From Anaeromyxobacteraceae bacterium (GTDB lineage: Bacteria; Myxococcota; Myxococcia; Myxococcales; Anaeromyxobacteraceae): a stretch of 64,000 nucleotides of DNA. Under the pieces are notes generated by a model. That model did not search any database and was not told the DNA's origin. It saw only the letters and a list, made by a program, of their open reading frames with translations. Shown here in pieces: positions 41,201 through 50,436 of this stretch. Every line of letters begins with the position of its first letter. Position 1 is the stretch's first letter. The translations under genes and the position numbers were made by a program. Where the stretch lies: contig JASGHJ010000001.1 in the NCBI GenBank assembly GCA_047602405.1, positions 128,001 through 192,000 of the forward strand. The letters run 5' to 3'.

Positions 41201-41460
41201 CCGCGCAGGAGCGCGCGTTCGCCGGCGACGACGCCGGCCTCCTCGCGGAGGCCACCGAGCGCTGGCTCGCGCTCGCGGGTGGGCTCCTCGAGACCCACCG
41301 GTTCCCCGCGACGCCGGAGGAGGGCGACTGCGGCTACTGCCCCTTCGCGCCGCTCTGCGGCAGCGAGGAGCCGGGCCGCGCCGGCCGCGGCCTGGCGGCG
41401 GCGCCGGACGATCCGATCCTCGCCGGCTTCCTCGCGCTCAAGCTGGGAGACGACGCGTGA
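38212..41460 (+). CDS. addB: AddB-like inactive helicase/PD-(D/E)XK nuclease with Fe-S Cys motif
   Basis: SASAL...CPRRF, GTLVH, GFIDRLD...DLKSG, QL..Y, CGYCPFAPLC. Confidence 0.8.
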   Translation: MPLVLFDTLDDLAAAGRALPAGGALPARTVLVRSERQAHALRVCLAPAPAALAGTRFVGPLAAAEDVLHAAGVAFATGESALRPSRLARLFSSGPALRHFRAAELAATPGWDDAFSSALHALENAGLRPDDLPATPPALADLAALWRAADDEAGASFTGARLYAEAAAALERNPALWPFPGAVLAPVDGHEPAVLARFLRAVPGATLALRRARPARARWVAGVEARFGAEAGALAAARPAAAARPSTELARLQALLFLEDPSAADALGAGRGPDGPGAASSVTLEEHAGVESELDAAAAWAAREVLEHRTPLARIAVLVPVLDPLAGLVADRLERLGLAAHVAGAVPAVSTSGGARLLAVVRALRRRLPAPELAAVLPYLRIEEPASLDPGELPRGHLSHGDALALAFSLGTAGGSPARPDGALTWTVRAQERLGELGRALEAAKQSAGSDEREAWRLEATLGDLRAVRGALDALVGVARAVHANAPLDAVAGALLGFAADALLLPGGKERLLGPLAAALAPARASSLGEALRGPDALAAIETALLGLRVGRGRFGEPAVYVGTVAGAAGLSFDAVRVIGLAEGSIPSAPREDPVLPAPVRDALAAKALLRAPEDAVLAQLHALHAVVAGTRRRLVLSAPRVDLARTEREPAALFVEVAAALGRPDQATGEAAPRVPDSQALRRDAFDPARRDAAAFRRANPVGEAAWLARVAGGERGLPPRWTATPTFDPARAAALLRSDGPLGARDGILAEGGPFPVVPGLGAAKPISASALNDLLACPRRFLMSRVLGWKEPAGTPELRELDALSFGTLVHRVHELLYREQGQAIVGGKAKAPEVLARARAIADRAFDDLLLEFPLLGAKVREKQRERLHDAVAEFVEHDLRRWKRAAAGKQPGRFVDVERGFGTGATPLPLAAGGRTLHVHGFIDRLDATPDRTVVRDLKSGRPYLRQAGEAPDPGRDVQLGLYQRVARELAGAWGLPDDVEGAYVFANGRGAAQERAFAGDDAGLLAEATERWLALAGGLLETHRFPATPEEGDCGYCPFAPLCGSEEPGRAGRGLAAAPDDPILAGFLALKLGDDA

Positions 41461-44400
41461 CCGCCACCCGTCCCAAGGCGCCCGACCACGAGGACCGCGA
41501 GAGGGCCATCCGCGCGCGCGGCGTCAACGTGCTCGTCGACGCCGGCGCCGGCACCGGCAAGACGACGCTGCTCGTGCGGCGCATCCTCGACCTCGTGGCC
41601 CCGGAGCACGGCGCCGCGACCGTGCCGCTCCGGCGCATCGCCGCGATCACCTTCACCCGCAAGGCCGCCGGCGAGCTCAAGTACCGCCTGCGCGAGGCGC
41701 TCCTCGGCGCGCTCGCGGATCGGCCCGCCGGCGAGCGCCGCAGGCTCCTCGAGGCCGCCGTCGCCGAGCTCGACACCGCCTGGGTCGGCACGATCCACGG
41801 GTTCGCCGACCGGCTCCTCCGGATGCGGCCCGTCGAGGCGCGGCTCAGCCCGACGTACGACGTGGTCGAGGAGGGGGACGCGCTCCTCGAGGAGACGTTC
41901 GACCTCGTCATGCAGGCCGTCGAGCTCGGCACGCTCGCGGCCGACCTCGGCCGGCCCGACCTCGCGCCGCTCGCGAGGGAGCTCGAGGGCGCGGTGGTCG
42001 ACGCGCTCGAGGCCGGCTTCCGGCCCAGGACGGTCGAATACGAGTACTTCACGATCGTGGGCCTGGACGGCCTCTTCCGCCGCTTCGTCGAGACGCGCGA
42101 CGTGAAGGTCGACGTCCCGCCGCCGCCGGCGCCGGACCTGGGCCTCTTCCGCAAGCTCGCCGGGGAATACCTCCGGCTCGCGGAGGACTCCGCGGGCGAG
42201 CTGCCGGGCTCGGTGTACGTGCGGCACGTCGCGGAGCGGCTCGCGAAGGTGCGCGACGAAAAGGACCCGATCCGGATCCTCGGCGAGCTCGTGCGGCTCC
42301 AGCTCGCGAAGCCGAAGGACATGGTGAAGAAGCGCGCGTTCGTCGACGACGACGCGGGCTGGGAGGCGTGGCAGGCCTGGAACGCCGACGACGGCCTGCG
42401 GGACCGCATCGCCGCCCCCTTCCACGCCTGGCTCGCGCGCCGCCTCGTCCGCTGCGCGCCGGTCGTCACCGCCGCCCACGACCTCGTGAAGCGCCGCCAC
42501 CGCGCGGTCGACCAGGTCGACCTCCTCCTGCAGCTGCGCGACCTCCTCCGGGCGAACAGGGGCGTCCGCCGCGACCTGCAGCAGCTCTTCGACCAGCTCC
42601 TCGTCGACGAGTTCCAGGACACCGATCCCCTCCAGGCCGAGATCGTGCTGTACCTCTGCGAGGCCGGGGCGAACGCGGACACCTGGCAGGACGTCGCCCT
42701 CACGCCCGGGAAGCTCACCATCGTCGGCGACCCGAAGCAGTCGATCTACCGCTTCCGCCGCGCCGACATCTCGGTGTACGCCGCCGTCCGCGAGCTCGTC
42801 CGCAAGGGCCCGCACCTCGAGGCCTCGCTGCGCGCGAACTTCCGCTGCGCGCCCGCCCTCATCGACTGGCTCAACGACCGCTTCGATCACATCCTGGGCA
42901 AGGCGACCGCCGGCACGCCGGCGTTCGACGCCCGGCAGGGCACGGTCGTGAACGTGCCGCTCCTCGCGGGCCGACAGGCCGCGGGGACCCCGCGCGTCGT
43001 CACGATCCCGCTCGGCGCGCCGGAGGAGAAGGTCGACCTCTTCCGCGCCGCCGAGGCCGGCGCCGTCGCCGCGTTCCTGCGCGCGCTCGTCGATCGCAGG
43101 GAGCGCAGGATCGTCGACCCGGTCACCGGCGAGGAGCGGCCGGTGCGGCTCGGCGACGTCGCGATCCTCACCGCCGCGACCACGAAGCTGCCCCTGCTCT
43201 TCCCGGAGCTCGACCGGCTCGGCATCCCGTACGCGGTGCGCGGCTCGCGGCTCTTCCTCGAGGACGCGCTCCACCGGCAGTTCCTGCTCGCGCTCCGGCA
43301 CCTCGCCGACCCGGCCGACGGCGTCGCGAAGGCCGCGCTGTTCCGGGCGCCCTTCTTCGCGATCGACCTCGACGACGCCGCCCGCGAGCGCGCCGGCGCC
43401 GCCGACCAGGGCCACCCCGGCGCGCTGCGCGTGCGCGAGGCAAAGGCCCTCCTCCAGGAGCTCCGCCGCGACCGGCTCGACCGCGCGCCCGGGGACACCG
43501 CCCGCGACCTCCTCGAGCGCACCGCCTTCGCGCGCACGGTGGCCCTCGGGGCGAACGGCGTGCAGCGGCTCGCGGGGCTGCGCGAGCTCTGCCTGCGCCT
43601 CGACGCGCTCGCGGCCGACGAGGGGCTCGACTTCGACGGCGCGACCCAGCGCATGCGCGAGTGGGTCATCGACCCCGTCGAGCTCGACCCGCCGCGCCCG
43701 GTCGGCGAGGAGGCCGTGCAGATCCTCTCCATCCACCAGGCGAAGGGGCTCGAGTTCCCGGTGGTGCTCCTCTGGGACGCCTGCGCGAGCGTGAAGGCGC
43801 AGGGCGAGCGGGCGGCGTTCGTCGTCGACCGCGACGGGACGAGCTGGTCGGCGCGGCTCGGCGACCTCGAGTGGTCGGAGCCGGAGGGCTCGGCCTTCGC
43901 CGCGCGGGAGCAGGCCTACCGCGACGCCGAGCGGCTGCGCCTCGTCTACGTCGCGGCGACGCGCGCCCGGGACCTCCTCGTGGTGCCGGTGCCGGTCGCG
44001 AGGAAGCGCGAGAAGTGGGTGAGCGGGCTGCTCGTCGAGGGCGCCCCCTCGAGGCTGGTCGACCCGCTCGAGCCGTACGCGCTGGACGCCGTGCCCGCCT
44101 GGGCGAACGGCGTCGCCGCCCCGAGGCCGGCGAGGCCCGGTGACGCGGCCCCGCTCGCCGCCGACGTGGCCGCCCGCTGGACCGCCGCGAGCGCGGCCGC
44201 CGGCGCGCCCCGGCTCGCGCCGTCGTCGGTCACCGCGGAGGCGCACCGGGAGCCGGACGGGGAGGAGGAGACCCGCGCCCCGAAGGTCCTCCGCCAAAGC
44301 CGCCACGGCCCGGTCTTCGGCGACACGGTCCACCGGGCCATCGGCCTCGCGCTCGCCGCGCCCGCGCGCTCGCCCGCCGACGCGGTCGCCCGCGCCGTGC

Positions 44401-44792
44401 TCGCGACCGGCCTCGACCGGCTCCACGCCGAGGCCGCCGACGACGTCGCCCGCGCCCTCGCCGCGCTCGAGGCCGCCGGCCTGCGCCGCGCGCCCGGCGT
44501 CGACCTGCGCCTCGAGTACCCGGTCGCGCTCGCCACGCCCGACGGCGCGAAGCTCGTGCAGGGCTACGTCGACCTCGTCGGCCTGCGCGCCGCCACCGGC
44601 CGCCTCGCGGTGGTCGACTTCAAGACCGACCAGCCGCCCGGCCCCGGCGAGCGCGTGGAGGACACCCACGCGGCGTACGTCGCGCAGGTGCAGGCCTACG
44701 CGCGCACGCTCGAGGCGCTCGGCCTCGCGCCGGCGGGCTCGGTCGAGGCGGGGCTGCTCTTCACGGCCGACGGGGTGTTCCGCTGGGTGTAA
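41457..44792 (+). CDS. addA: AddA-like UvrD helicase-nuclease
   Basis: AGAGTGKT, TFTRKAA, DEFQD, VGDPKQSIYRFR, HQAKGLEF, YVAATRA, GYVDL...DFKT. Confidence 0.88.
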   Translation: MTATRPKAPDHEDRERAIRARGVNVLVDAGAGTGKTTLLVRRILDLVAPEHGAATVPLRRIAAITFTRKAAGELKYRLREALLGALADRPAGERRRLLEAAVAELDTAWVGTIHGFADRLLRMRPVEARLSPTYDVVEEGDALLEETFDLVMQAVELGTLAADLGRPDLAPLARELEGAVVDALEAGFRPRTVEYEYFTIVGLDGLFRRFVETRDVKVDVPPPPAPDLGLFRKLAGEYLRLAEDSAGELPGSVYVRHVAERLAKVRDEKDPIRILGELVRLQLAKPKDMVKKRAFVDDDAGWEAWQAWNADDGLRDRIAAPFHAWLARRLVRCAPVVTAAHDLVKRRHRAVDQVDLLLQLRDLLRANRGVRRDLQQLFDQLLVDEFQDTDPLQAEIVLYLCEAGANADTWQDVALTPGKLTIVGDPKQSIYRFRRADISVYAAVRELVRKGPHLEASLRANFRCAPALIDWLNDRFDHILGKATAGTPAFDARQGTVVNVPLLAGRQAAGTPRVVTIPLGAPEEKVDLFRAAEAGAVAAFLRALVDRRERRIVDPVTGEERPVRLGDVAILTAATTKLPLLFPELDRLGIPYAVRGSRLFLEDALHRQFLLALRHLADPADGVAKAALFRAPFFAIDLDDAARERAGAADQGHPGALRVREAKALLQELRRDRLDRAPGDTARDLLERTAFARTVALGANGVQRLAGLRELCLRLDALAADEGLDFDGATQRMREWVIDPVELDPPRPVGEEAVQILSIHQAKGLEFPVVLLWDACASVKAQGERAAFVVDRDGTSWSARLGDLEWSEPEGSAFAAREQAYRDAERLRLVYVAATRARDLLVVPVPVARKREKWVSGLLVEGAPSRLVDPLEPYALDAVPAWANGVAAPRPARPGDAAPLAADVAARWTAASAAAGAPRLAPSSVTAEAHREPDGEEETRAPKVLRQSRHGPVFGDTVHRAIGLALAAPARSPADAVARAVLATGLDRLHAEAADDVARALAALEAAGLRRAPGVDLRLEYPVALATPDGAKLVQGYVDLVGLRAATGRLAVVDFKTDQPPGPGERVEDTHAAYVAQVQAYARTLEALGLAPAGSVEAGLLFTADGVFRWV

Positions 44793-44801
44793 GCTCCGCC
44801 C

Positions 44802-46412
44802 GTGCCCGGCCAGATCTTCCCCGCTGACGCCCCGCGCCCCACCACCTCCCACGGTGAACGCACCCTCTGGGAGGCCCTGCGCAAGGGCCTGCCGAAGGGC
44901 TGGACCGCGTGGCACTCCCTGCGCATCCGGGACCGGCACAACTCCCTCGGCGAGACCGACTTCGTGCTCGCCCACCCCGAGCGTGGCCTCCTCGTGCTCG
45001 AGGTGAAGAACGGCACCGTCGAGCAGCGCGGCGGGCACTGGCTGCAGAACGGCGAGCGCATGGAGCGCTCACCGCTCGACCAGGCGCTGGGCTTCCAGAG
45101 GAAGCTCCTCTCCCGGCTCGCCGACCGCGGGTGCCAGCCGCCGGCGTGGGGCGTCGCGCTCGCGCTCCCCGAGGTGGACGTGGGCGAGCAGCCGACGCAG
45201 GACGACCTCGCCGGCGTGGTCCTCGGCAAGAACGACCTCCCCTGGCTCTCCGACGCGCTGCCGGCGGTGGTGGAGCGCGCGCTCAAGCAGCCCGGCGGCG
45301 GCACCGGCAACTGGATCGCGGCGCTCCAGGACCTGTGGGGCGAGACCTGGACGTCGACGCTCTCCCTCGGCCGGCGCGTCCAGGACGGGAAGGCCTTGCG
45401 CGTCGCGCTCGACGACGAGCAGCTCGGCCTCCTCGACCTCCTCGCCGAGCAGGATCGCGTGCTCGTCTCGGGCGGCGCCGGGACCGGGAAGACGCTCCTC
45501 GCCGTCGAGGCCGCTCGGCGAGAGCGCGCCCGCGGCCACAGCGTGCTCCTCCTCTGCTTCACCCAGCCGCTGAAGCGCTGGCTCGAGGCCCGCGTCGCCG
45601 GCGAGGGCATCGACGTGCACACCGCGAGCGGCCTCGCGAGGGAGCTCGCCGTCGCCGAGGGGCGCGCCTGGGAGTTCGAGGGGCTCACCGAGGGCGAGGT
45701 CTGGAAGGCGTACTCGGAGAAGGCGGCCGAGGTCTGCCAGCCGCGCTGGGACGCCGTGATCGTGGACGAGGCGCAGGACCTCACCTTCGAGGCCTGGTAC
45801 CTCGTGGAGGCGCTCACCCCCGGGAAGCGCCTGTGGGCGTTCCACGATCCGGGCCAGGCGTACTGGCCCGAGCGCACGCCGCCCACGAAGCTCCTCGGGA
45901 AGCCCTTCCAGCTCCGCCGCGGCCAGCGCTCGCCGGCCGGCGTCGAGCTCCTCGCGCGGCGCTACCTCGGCGAGGTCGCCCCCGGCGACCCGATCGAGAA
46001 GGCGAGGAAGAGCGGCGTGCTCGGGCTCGTGCCCTGCCCCGAGCCGTCGCGCACCGCCGCCGCGGTCGGCGCGGAGATCGACCGCCTGCGCAGGGAGGGC
46101 ATCGCGCTCGCGGACATCGGCGTCGTCTCGCTGCGGGGCCAGGGCGCCTCGAGCGCCGTCCACCGCGCCGCCTCGCTCGGCGACCACGCGTTCGTCACCG
46201 CCGACGCGCCCGACATGGAGGACCGGCTCGTCGCCGACTCCTTCCTGCGCTGGAAGGGGCTCGAACGGCCCGTCGTGATCGTCGCCGACGTGGACCCCGC
46301 GCTGAAGCACTTCGGCACCCGGATGCACATCGCCCTCACCCGCGCGCTCACCGGCGCGCGCGTCGTCGCGCCGCCGGGGCCGGCCGGCGCCTGGCCCGGG
46401 CTCGAGCCGTGA
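44802..46412 (+). CDS. NERD nuclease + SF1 helicase fusion
   Basis: E...ETDFV...LEVK (NERD); GGAGTGKT, DEAQD, KGLE, ALTRA. Confidence 0.85.
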   Translation: MPGQIFPADAPRPTTSHGERTLWEALRKGLPKGWTAWHSLRIRDRHNSLGETDFVLAHPERGLLVLEVKNGTVEQRGGHWLQNGERMERSPLDQALGFQRKLLSRLADRGCQPPAWGVALALPEVDVGEQPTQDDLAGVVLGKNDLPWLSDALPAVVERALKQPGGGTGNWIAALQDLWGETWTSTLSLGRRVQDGKALRVALDDEQLGLLDLLAEQDRVLVSGGAGTGKTLLAVEAARRERARGHSVLLLCFTQPLKRWLEARVAGEGIDVHTASGLARELAVAEGRAWEFEGLTEGEVWKAYSEKAAEVCQPRWDAVIVDEAQDLTFEAWYLVEALTPGKRLWAFHDPGQAYWPERTPPTKLLGKPFQLRRGQRSPAGVELLARRYLGEVAPGDPIEKARKSGVLGLVPCPEPSRTAAAVGAEIDRLRREGIALADIGVVSLRGQGASSAVHRAASLGDHAFVTADAPDMEDRLVADSFLRWKGLERPVVIVADVDPALKHFGTRMHIALTRALTGARVVAPPGPAGAWPGLEP

Positions 46413-46421
46413 GCAGCTGAT

Positions 46422-46455
46422 CCCCCCTCTCCCCCCGCAGGCCGGGTGAGGGGGG
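46422..46455. terminator. GC-rich hairpin between convergent genes
   Basis: CCCCCCTC...GAGGGGGG inverted repeat; no U-tract. Confidence 0.45.
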
Positions 46456-46466
46456 CCCCCGGAGCC

Positions 46467-47441
46467 TCAGCACCCCGCGTGGAGCTCGTCCGCCGCCCTG
46501 AGCACCTCGGCCCCGAGCTCCACCTTCACGACCCACGCGGCCGGCAGCGCCGCCTCGCCGAGCGCGGCGCCCAGCAGGTTCCCCGCGATGGCCCCGGTGG
46601 AGTCCGAATCGCCGGAGTGGTTCACCGCGAGCAGCACCCCGTGCGCGAAGTCGCGCGCGACGAGCGCCGCCGCGAGCCCGATCGCGAGCGCCTCCTCCGC
46701 GACCCAGCCCCCGCCGAGTGTCTCGAGCGCCTCCGGCGTGGGCTCCCCGCGCGCCGCGAGCCCGAACGCGCCCCGCAGCGCGGCCACGGTCTCCTGCGCC
46801 CCCGGCACGCCCTCGAGCTCGCCCGCCACCGCCCGCGCGGCCTCCCGCAGCGCCTCGCCGCGCGCGACCCGCGAGACGATCGCCGCGAGGGCCCCGCCCG
46901 CGAGCCAGCCGGTGGGGTGACCGTGCGTGATGGCCGAGAGCGCGCAGCCCGCCTCGAACGCCTCCCTCGGCGCGAGCGCGAGCCCGATGGGCGCGACGCG
47001 CATCACGGTCCCGCAGCCCTTCGAGTCGTTGAGCGGCGCCGCCGGGGTCCCCATCCGCCCCGAGCGCAGCGCGGAGAGGCAGGTGTTCCCCGGCGCGCGC
47101 CGCGCGTGCAGCGCCGGCGTCGCGAGGAGCCAGCCGTCCAGCGTCGCGCCCGTGCCGGCCGGGACCCGCTCGCGCTGCGTGGAGAGCCAGCGCAGGTACG
47201 CATGCCAGCCCTCGACGGCGAGGCCGGGCGAGCCCGGCGCGCGGGCCCGCACGAGGGCCTCCGCCGTGAAAAGCGTCATCTGCGTGTCGTCGGTGATCTC
47301 GGGCTCGACGAGGTCGGTCAGGCCCCTGGGCCCGTGCGCCTCGCGGATCGCGCGGAGGTTCAGGAACTCGATCGGCGCCCCCAGGGCGTCGCCGAGGGCG
47401 CCGCCGAGCAGGCAGCCGCGGAAGATCGATCGGGTGGGCAC
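46467..47441 (-). CDS. ADP-ribosylglycohydrolase (DraG/ARH family)
   Basis: GALGDALG, ITDDTQM, GCGTVMR, ITHGHP, HSGDSDSTG. Confidence 0.92.
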   Translation of the reverse strand: MPTRSIFRGCLLGGALGDALGAPIEFLNLRAIREAHGPRGLTDLVEPEITDDTQMTLFTAEALVRARAPGSPGLAVEGWHAYLRWLSTQRERVPAGTGATLDGWLLATPALHARRAPGNTCLSALRSGRMGTPAAPLNDSKGCGTVMRVAPIGLALAPREAFEAGCALSAITHGHPTGWLAGGALAAIVSRVARGEALREAARAVAGELEGVPGAQETVAALRGAFGLAARGEPTPEALETLGGGWVAEEALAIGLAAALVARDFAHGVLLAVNHSGDSDSTGAIAGNLLGAALGEAALPAAWVVKVELGAEVLRAADELHAGC

Positions 47442-47448
47442 GGAGAGA

Positions 47449-47469
47449 AGTGTTGCGGGGGTACGGACA
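47449..47469 (-). promoter_or_regulatory. TGTCCG-N9-xAxxxT promoter motif (ARH)
   Basis: Minus strand TGTCCG TACCCCCGC AACACT, 7 nt before GTG 47441. Confidence 0.6.
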
Positions 47470-47538
47470 TGGCTCTCGCGGGTTGCGTCGCCCCGCCGCA
47501 GCGCCGGAGTCGTCCGCCGGTGCCTAGAGTCGGCGGCC

Positions 47539-48564
47539 ATGCTCCACGGTGCGCACCTCGTCGGCAGCGTCCCGCTCGGCTCCTCGTCGGAGGTCTTCCG
47601 CGCCGTCTCCGGCGCGCTCGGGCCCTGGCTCCGCGCGGTGCCGGACGGCGAGACCGGCGTCCGCAAGGACTGGATCGCCTGGCAGTACGCGGTCCTCGCC
47701 GGCACGCCGGGCCTCGAGCCGGTGCCGCCGGACGACCGCGTGTACCTGAGGAAACAGCTCGTCCGGCGCGTGCCCGGCACGCCCCCGCCGGCGTTCGGCG
47801 CGCTCGGCTACGCCGACGCCGCCATCGGATCCTTCTCGGTCTTCGACGAGCTCCAGGCGACGGGCGCGCTCCCGCGGCACCTGCGCTTCCAGGTCTCGCT
47901 GCCGACGCCGCTCGCGCCGCCCACGGTCTTCGTGGCGCTGCCGGACCGCGCCGAGGTCGAGGCGGCGTACGAGCGCGCGCTCCACGCCGAGCTCGTGCGG
48001 ATCCTCGCGCACGTCCCGCACGATCGCCTCGCCATCCAGTGGGACGTCGCGGCGGAGTTCGGGCTGCTCGAGGGGCTGTGGTCGGCGCACTTCGTGGAGC
48101 TGGAGCGCGGCGTGCTCGCGCGCCTCGACCGCTGCGCCGGCTGGGTGCCGCCGAGCGTCGCGCTCGGGTTCCACCTCTGCTACGGCGACTTCGGCCACCG
48201 GCACTTCGTCGAGCCGCCCGACGCCTCGCGCCTCGTGCGCGTCGCCAACGCGCTCGCCCGGCCGGGCTGGCGCGCGCCGGACTGGGTGCACCTGCCCGTG
48301 CCGAAGGCCTGGGCCACGCCGGAGTCGTTCGCGCCGCTCGCCGACCTCGCGCTGCCCGCGGTCACGCGGCTCTTCCTCGGCGTCGTCCACGCGTCCGACG
48401 GCCTCCCCGGCGCGCGCGCCCGCATCGCCCGCGCGCGCGACTTCGTGCACGAGTTCGGGATCGCGACCGAGTGCGGCTGGGGCCGTCGCCCGCCGGCGAC
48501 GATCCCGGCGCTGCTCGCCCTGCACCGGGAGCTGCTCGAAGGAGTCCGCTCACCCCGGGCGTAG
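47539..48564 (+). CDS. Cobalamin-independent methionine synthase-like (UROD/MetE fold) protein
   Basis: HLVGSVPL, PDGETG.R..WI, QWD, HLCYGD, ATECGWGR. Confidence 0.7.
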   Translation: MLHGAHLVGSVPLGSSSEVFRAVSGALGPWLRAVPDGETGVRKDWIAWQYAVLAGTPGLEPVPPDDRVYLRKQLVRRVPGTPPPAFGALGYADAAIGSFSVFDELQATGALPRHLRFQVSLPTPLAPPTVFVALPDRAEVEAAYERALHAELVRILAHVPHDRLAIQWDVAAEFGLLEGLWSAHFVELERGVLARLDRCAGWVPPSVALGFHLCYGDFGHRHFVEPPDASRLVRVANALARPGWRAPDWVHLPVPKAWATPESFAPLADLALPAVTRLFLGVVHASDGLPGARARIARARDFVHEFGIATECGWGRRPPATIPALLALHRELLEGVRSPRA

Positions 48565-48624
48565 CCGCCGCATCACCGTGTGTCCCGAGCGTAGCCGCCG
48601 CGACGCGGCGGCGGAGACGAGGGA
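48545..48624 (+). repeat. REP-like palindromic repeat (one partial and one full copy)
   Basis: TCCGCTCACCCCGGGCGTAGCCGCCG then CCCGAGCGTAGCCGCCGC-GAC-GCGGCGGCGGAGACGAGGGA. Confidence 0.65.
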
Positions 48625-48675
48625 CGGCGGAGACGAGGGGTGGACCGGGGGTCCCTCCTGCGCGACACTTCGGTC

Positions 48676-49605
48676 ATGCGCCTCCACGCCCGCCCGCTCG
48701 CCGCGCTCGCGCTCCTCCTCCTCGCCGGCGGCGCCCTCGCCGCCGAGCCCGTCGCGCTCCTCCCCGCGAGCGGCGCGAACGTGGACGCCGGCACCCTCTC
48801 CGCCGCGAACGAGGTCTTCCGCTCCTACGTCGACCAGGCCGGCGAGTTCGCGCTGCGCCCGGCGCGCGGCGGCCCCACCTCCCCCGTGGAGGCCCTGCCC
48901 TCCGAGGCCGCCCAGGCCGCCGCGGAGGTCGGCGCGAGCCAGGCCGCGGCGCTCCGCCTCGCGGCGCTCGGCCCGGTCATCACCGTCCGGCTCACCGTGT
49001 ACGGCGCCCCCGACGGCCGCACGCTCTGGACCGACTCGCTCCAGGCCGGCTCCGCCGCGGACCTCGACCCGGTGCTGAAGCGCCTCGCCGTCGGCTGGTC
49101 GCGCGGCACGAAGGCCGTCGCCGCCGCCGAGATCGACACGGTGACCGACCGGGAGGCGAGGGCCCTCAACAAGAAGCAGGCGACGAAGCAGCGCGGCTTC
49201 CGCCTCGGCGTCGTGAAAGGGCTCAACACCGCCGACGGCAGCGACCCCACCGGCAAGGGGCTCGGCACCTACTGGCTCTACGACGCGCGCGCGTTCCTCG
49301 TCGACGTGACGACCGACCTCTACTGGGGCGGCCGCATCAACAACTTCGCGATCGGCTTCGGCGGCTACGTCCCGCTCACGAGCACCGACCTCGCGCCGTA
49401 CCTCGGCGGCGGCCTGCGCTACGGCTGGACCCGCCTCTCGGGCGACTGGGCCAACGGCTTCCAGCCGTACGTCGCGGGCGGCCTGATGGTCGGCCGCCTG
49501 TCGTCGGTCGGCTTCCGGGCCGAGGTCTCGTGGCACTGGGACCTCTACGAGACCGCCGGGCAGAACTCGAGCCTGCTCATCGGCTCGGTGGCGGTGCAGT
49601 TCTGA
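48676..49605 (+). CDS. Secreted protein with C-terminal outer-membrane beta-barrel
   Basis: Signal peptide; amphipathic strands (PYLGGG, PYVAGG); terminal Phe. Confidence 0.7.
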   Translation: MRLHARPLAALALLLLAGGALAAEPVALLPASGANVDAGTLSAANEVFRSYVDQAGEFALRPARGGPTSPVEALPSEAAQAAAEVGASQAAALRLAALGPVITVRLTVYGAPDGRTLWTDSLQAGSAADLDPVLKRLAVGWSRGTKAVAAAEIDTVTDREARALNKKQATKQRGFRLGVVKGLNTADGSDPTGKGLGTYWLYDARAFLVDVTTDLYWGGRINNFAIGFGGYVPLTSTDLAPYLGGGLRYGWTRLSGDWANGFQPYVAGGLMVGRLSSVGFRAEVSWHWDLYETAGQNSSLLIGSVAVQF

Positions 49606-49639
49606 AGCCCTGGCCGCCGAGGCCCGGCGGCCCCACCGT

Positions 49640-50233
49640 GTGAGGGTGCCGCGCAGCATCCTCATCGCCGATCGCTGGCTCTGGTTCGCGGTGCGCGCCG
49701 GCCTCGCCGCCGTGCTCGCGCTCGCCGCGCTGGTCGCCCCCGGCGCCGGGCACCACGCGCTCGCCGCGACGGCCGGCGTGCTCGCGGTCGCGAGCGGGGG
49801 CCTCGCCTTCACGCTCGCCGCCCCCGGCCCCACCGCGGAGCCGCGCTTCGTCGCCTTCACGGTCGAGGGCGTCGCGGCCGTGGCGAGCGGCGTGGCCGCA
49901 TTCACCCTGGGTACACGCGGGCCGATCTGGCTCGCGGTGGTGCTCGGCGGGTGGGCCGCACTCGCCGGCGCGGCGCAGGTCGGGGCCGGGCTGCGGCTCG
50001 GGCGGCAGATCGCCCGCGAGTGGCTGCTCACGGGCGCGGGGACCTGCTCGCTCGTCGCCGCCACCTACCTGTTCCTCGCCATCCCCTCCGGCGCACCGCG
50101 TCTCGCACCGGCGGTCGCGCTCTGGCAGGCGGCCCTCGCCGCCACGTTCGGCCTCCTCGCCCTCCGGCTCCGGGCCTGGTCGCGCCGCCGTGAGCGGCCG
50201 GTGCCCTGGATCCGCTCGACCGCCCACGCCTGA
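49640..50233 (+). CDS. HdeD/DUF308-like membrane protein
   Basis: Hydrophobic helices, WA...G.AQV..GLRL.RQI..EWLL..AG. Confidence 0.65.
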   Translation: MRVPRSILIADRWLWFAVRAGLAAVLALAALVAPGAGHHALAATAGVLAVASGGLAFTLAAPGPTAEPRFVAFTVEGVAAVASGVAAFTLGTRGPIWLAVVLGGWAALAGAAQVGAGLRLGRQIAREWLLTGAGTCSLVAATYLFLAIPSGAPRLAPAVALWQAALAATFGLLALRLRAWSRRRERPVPWIRSTAHA

Positions 50234-50436
50234 GCGCCGGTGTCCCAGGATCCGGGCACGCCGGCCCCGGCCCGGCCCCCACGAGGGCACGAGTGTCGAT
50301 CCGTCGCGGGCGCTTTTCCGGGTTAGGCTCTGCGCCTTCTTGCAAGGTGCAGCACGGCGACGAACGGAGGCCGGGCGAGAGCGCGCCGCAGCCCTCTTTG
50401 CCCGGCCTCCGTTCCCGCCACCGCGCGCCGGCGGGC

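Noticed and set aside
47510..47530. CGTCCG-N8-TAGAGT as a sixth TGTCCG motif site
   Set aside because: First base and spacing both deviate from the five aligned sites; kept only as a leaderless -10.
27011..50308. TGTCGATCC[C/G]TCGCG shared by two intergenic regions (27011 and 50294)
   Set aside because: Only two copies, no consistent position relative to genes or a -10 element; may be chance.
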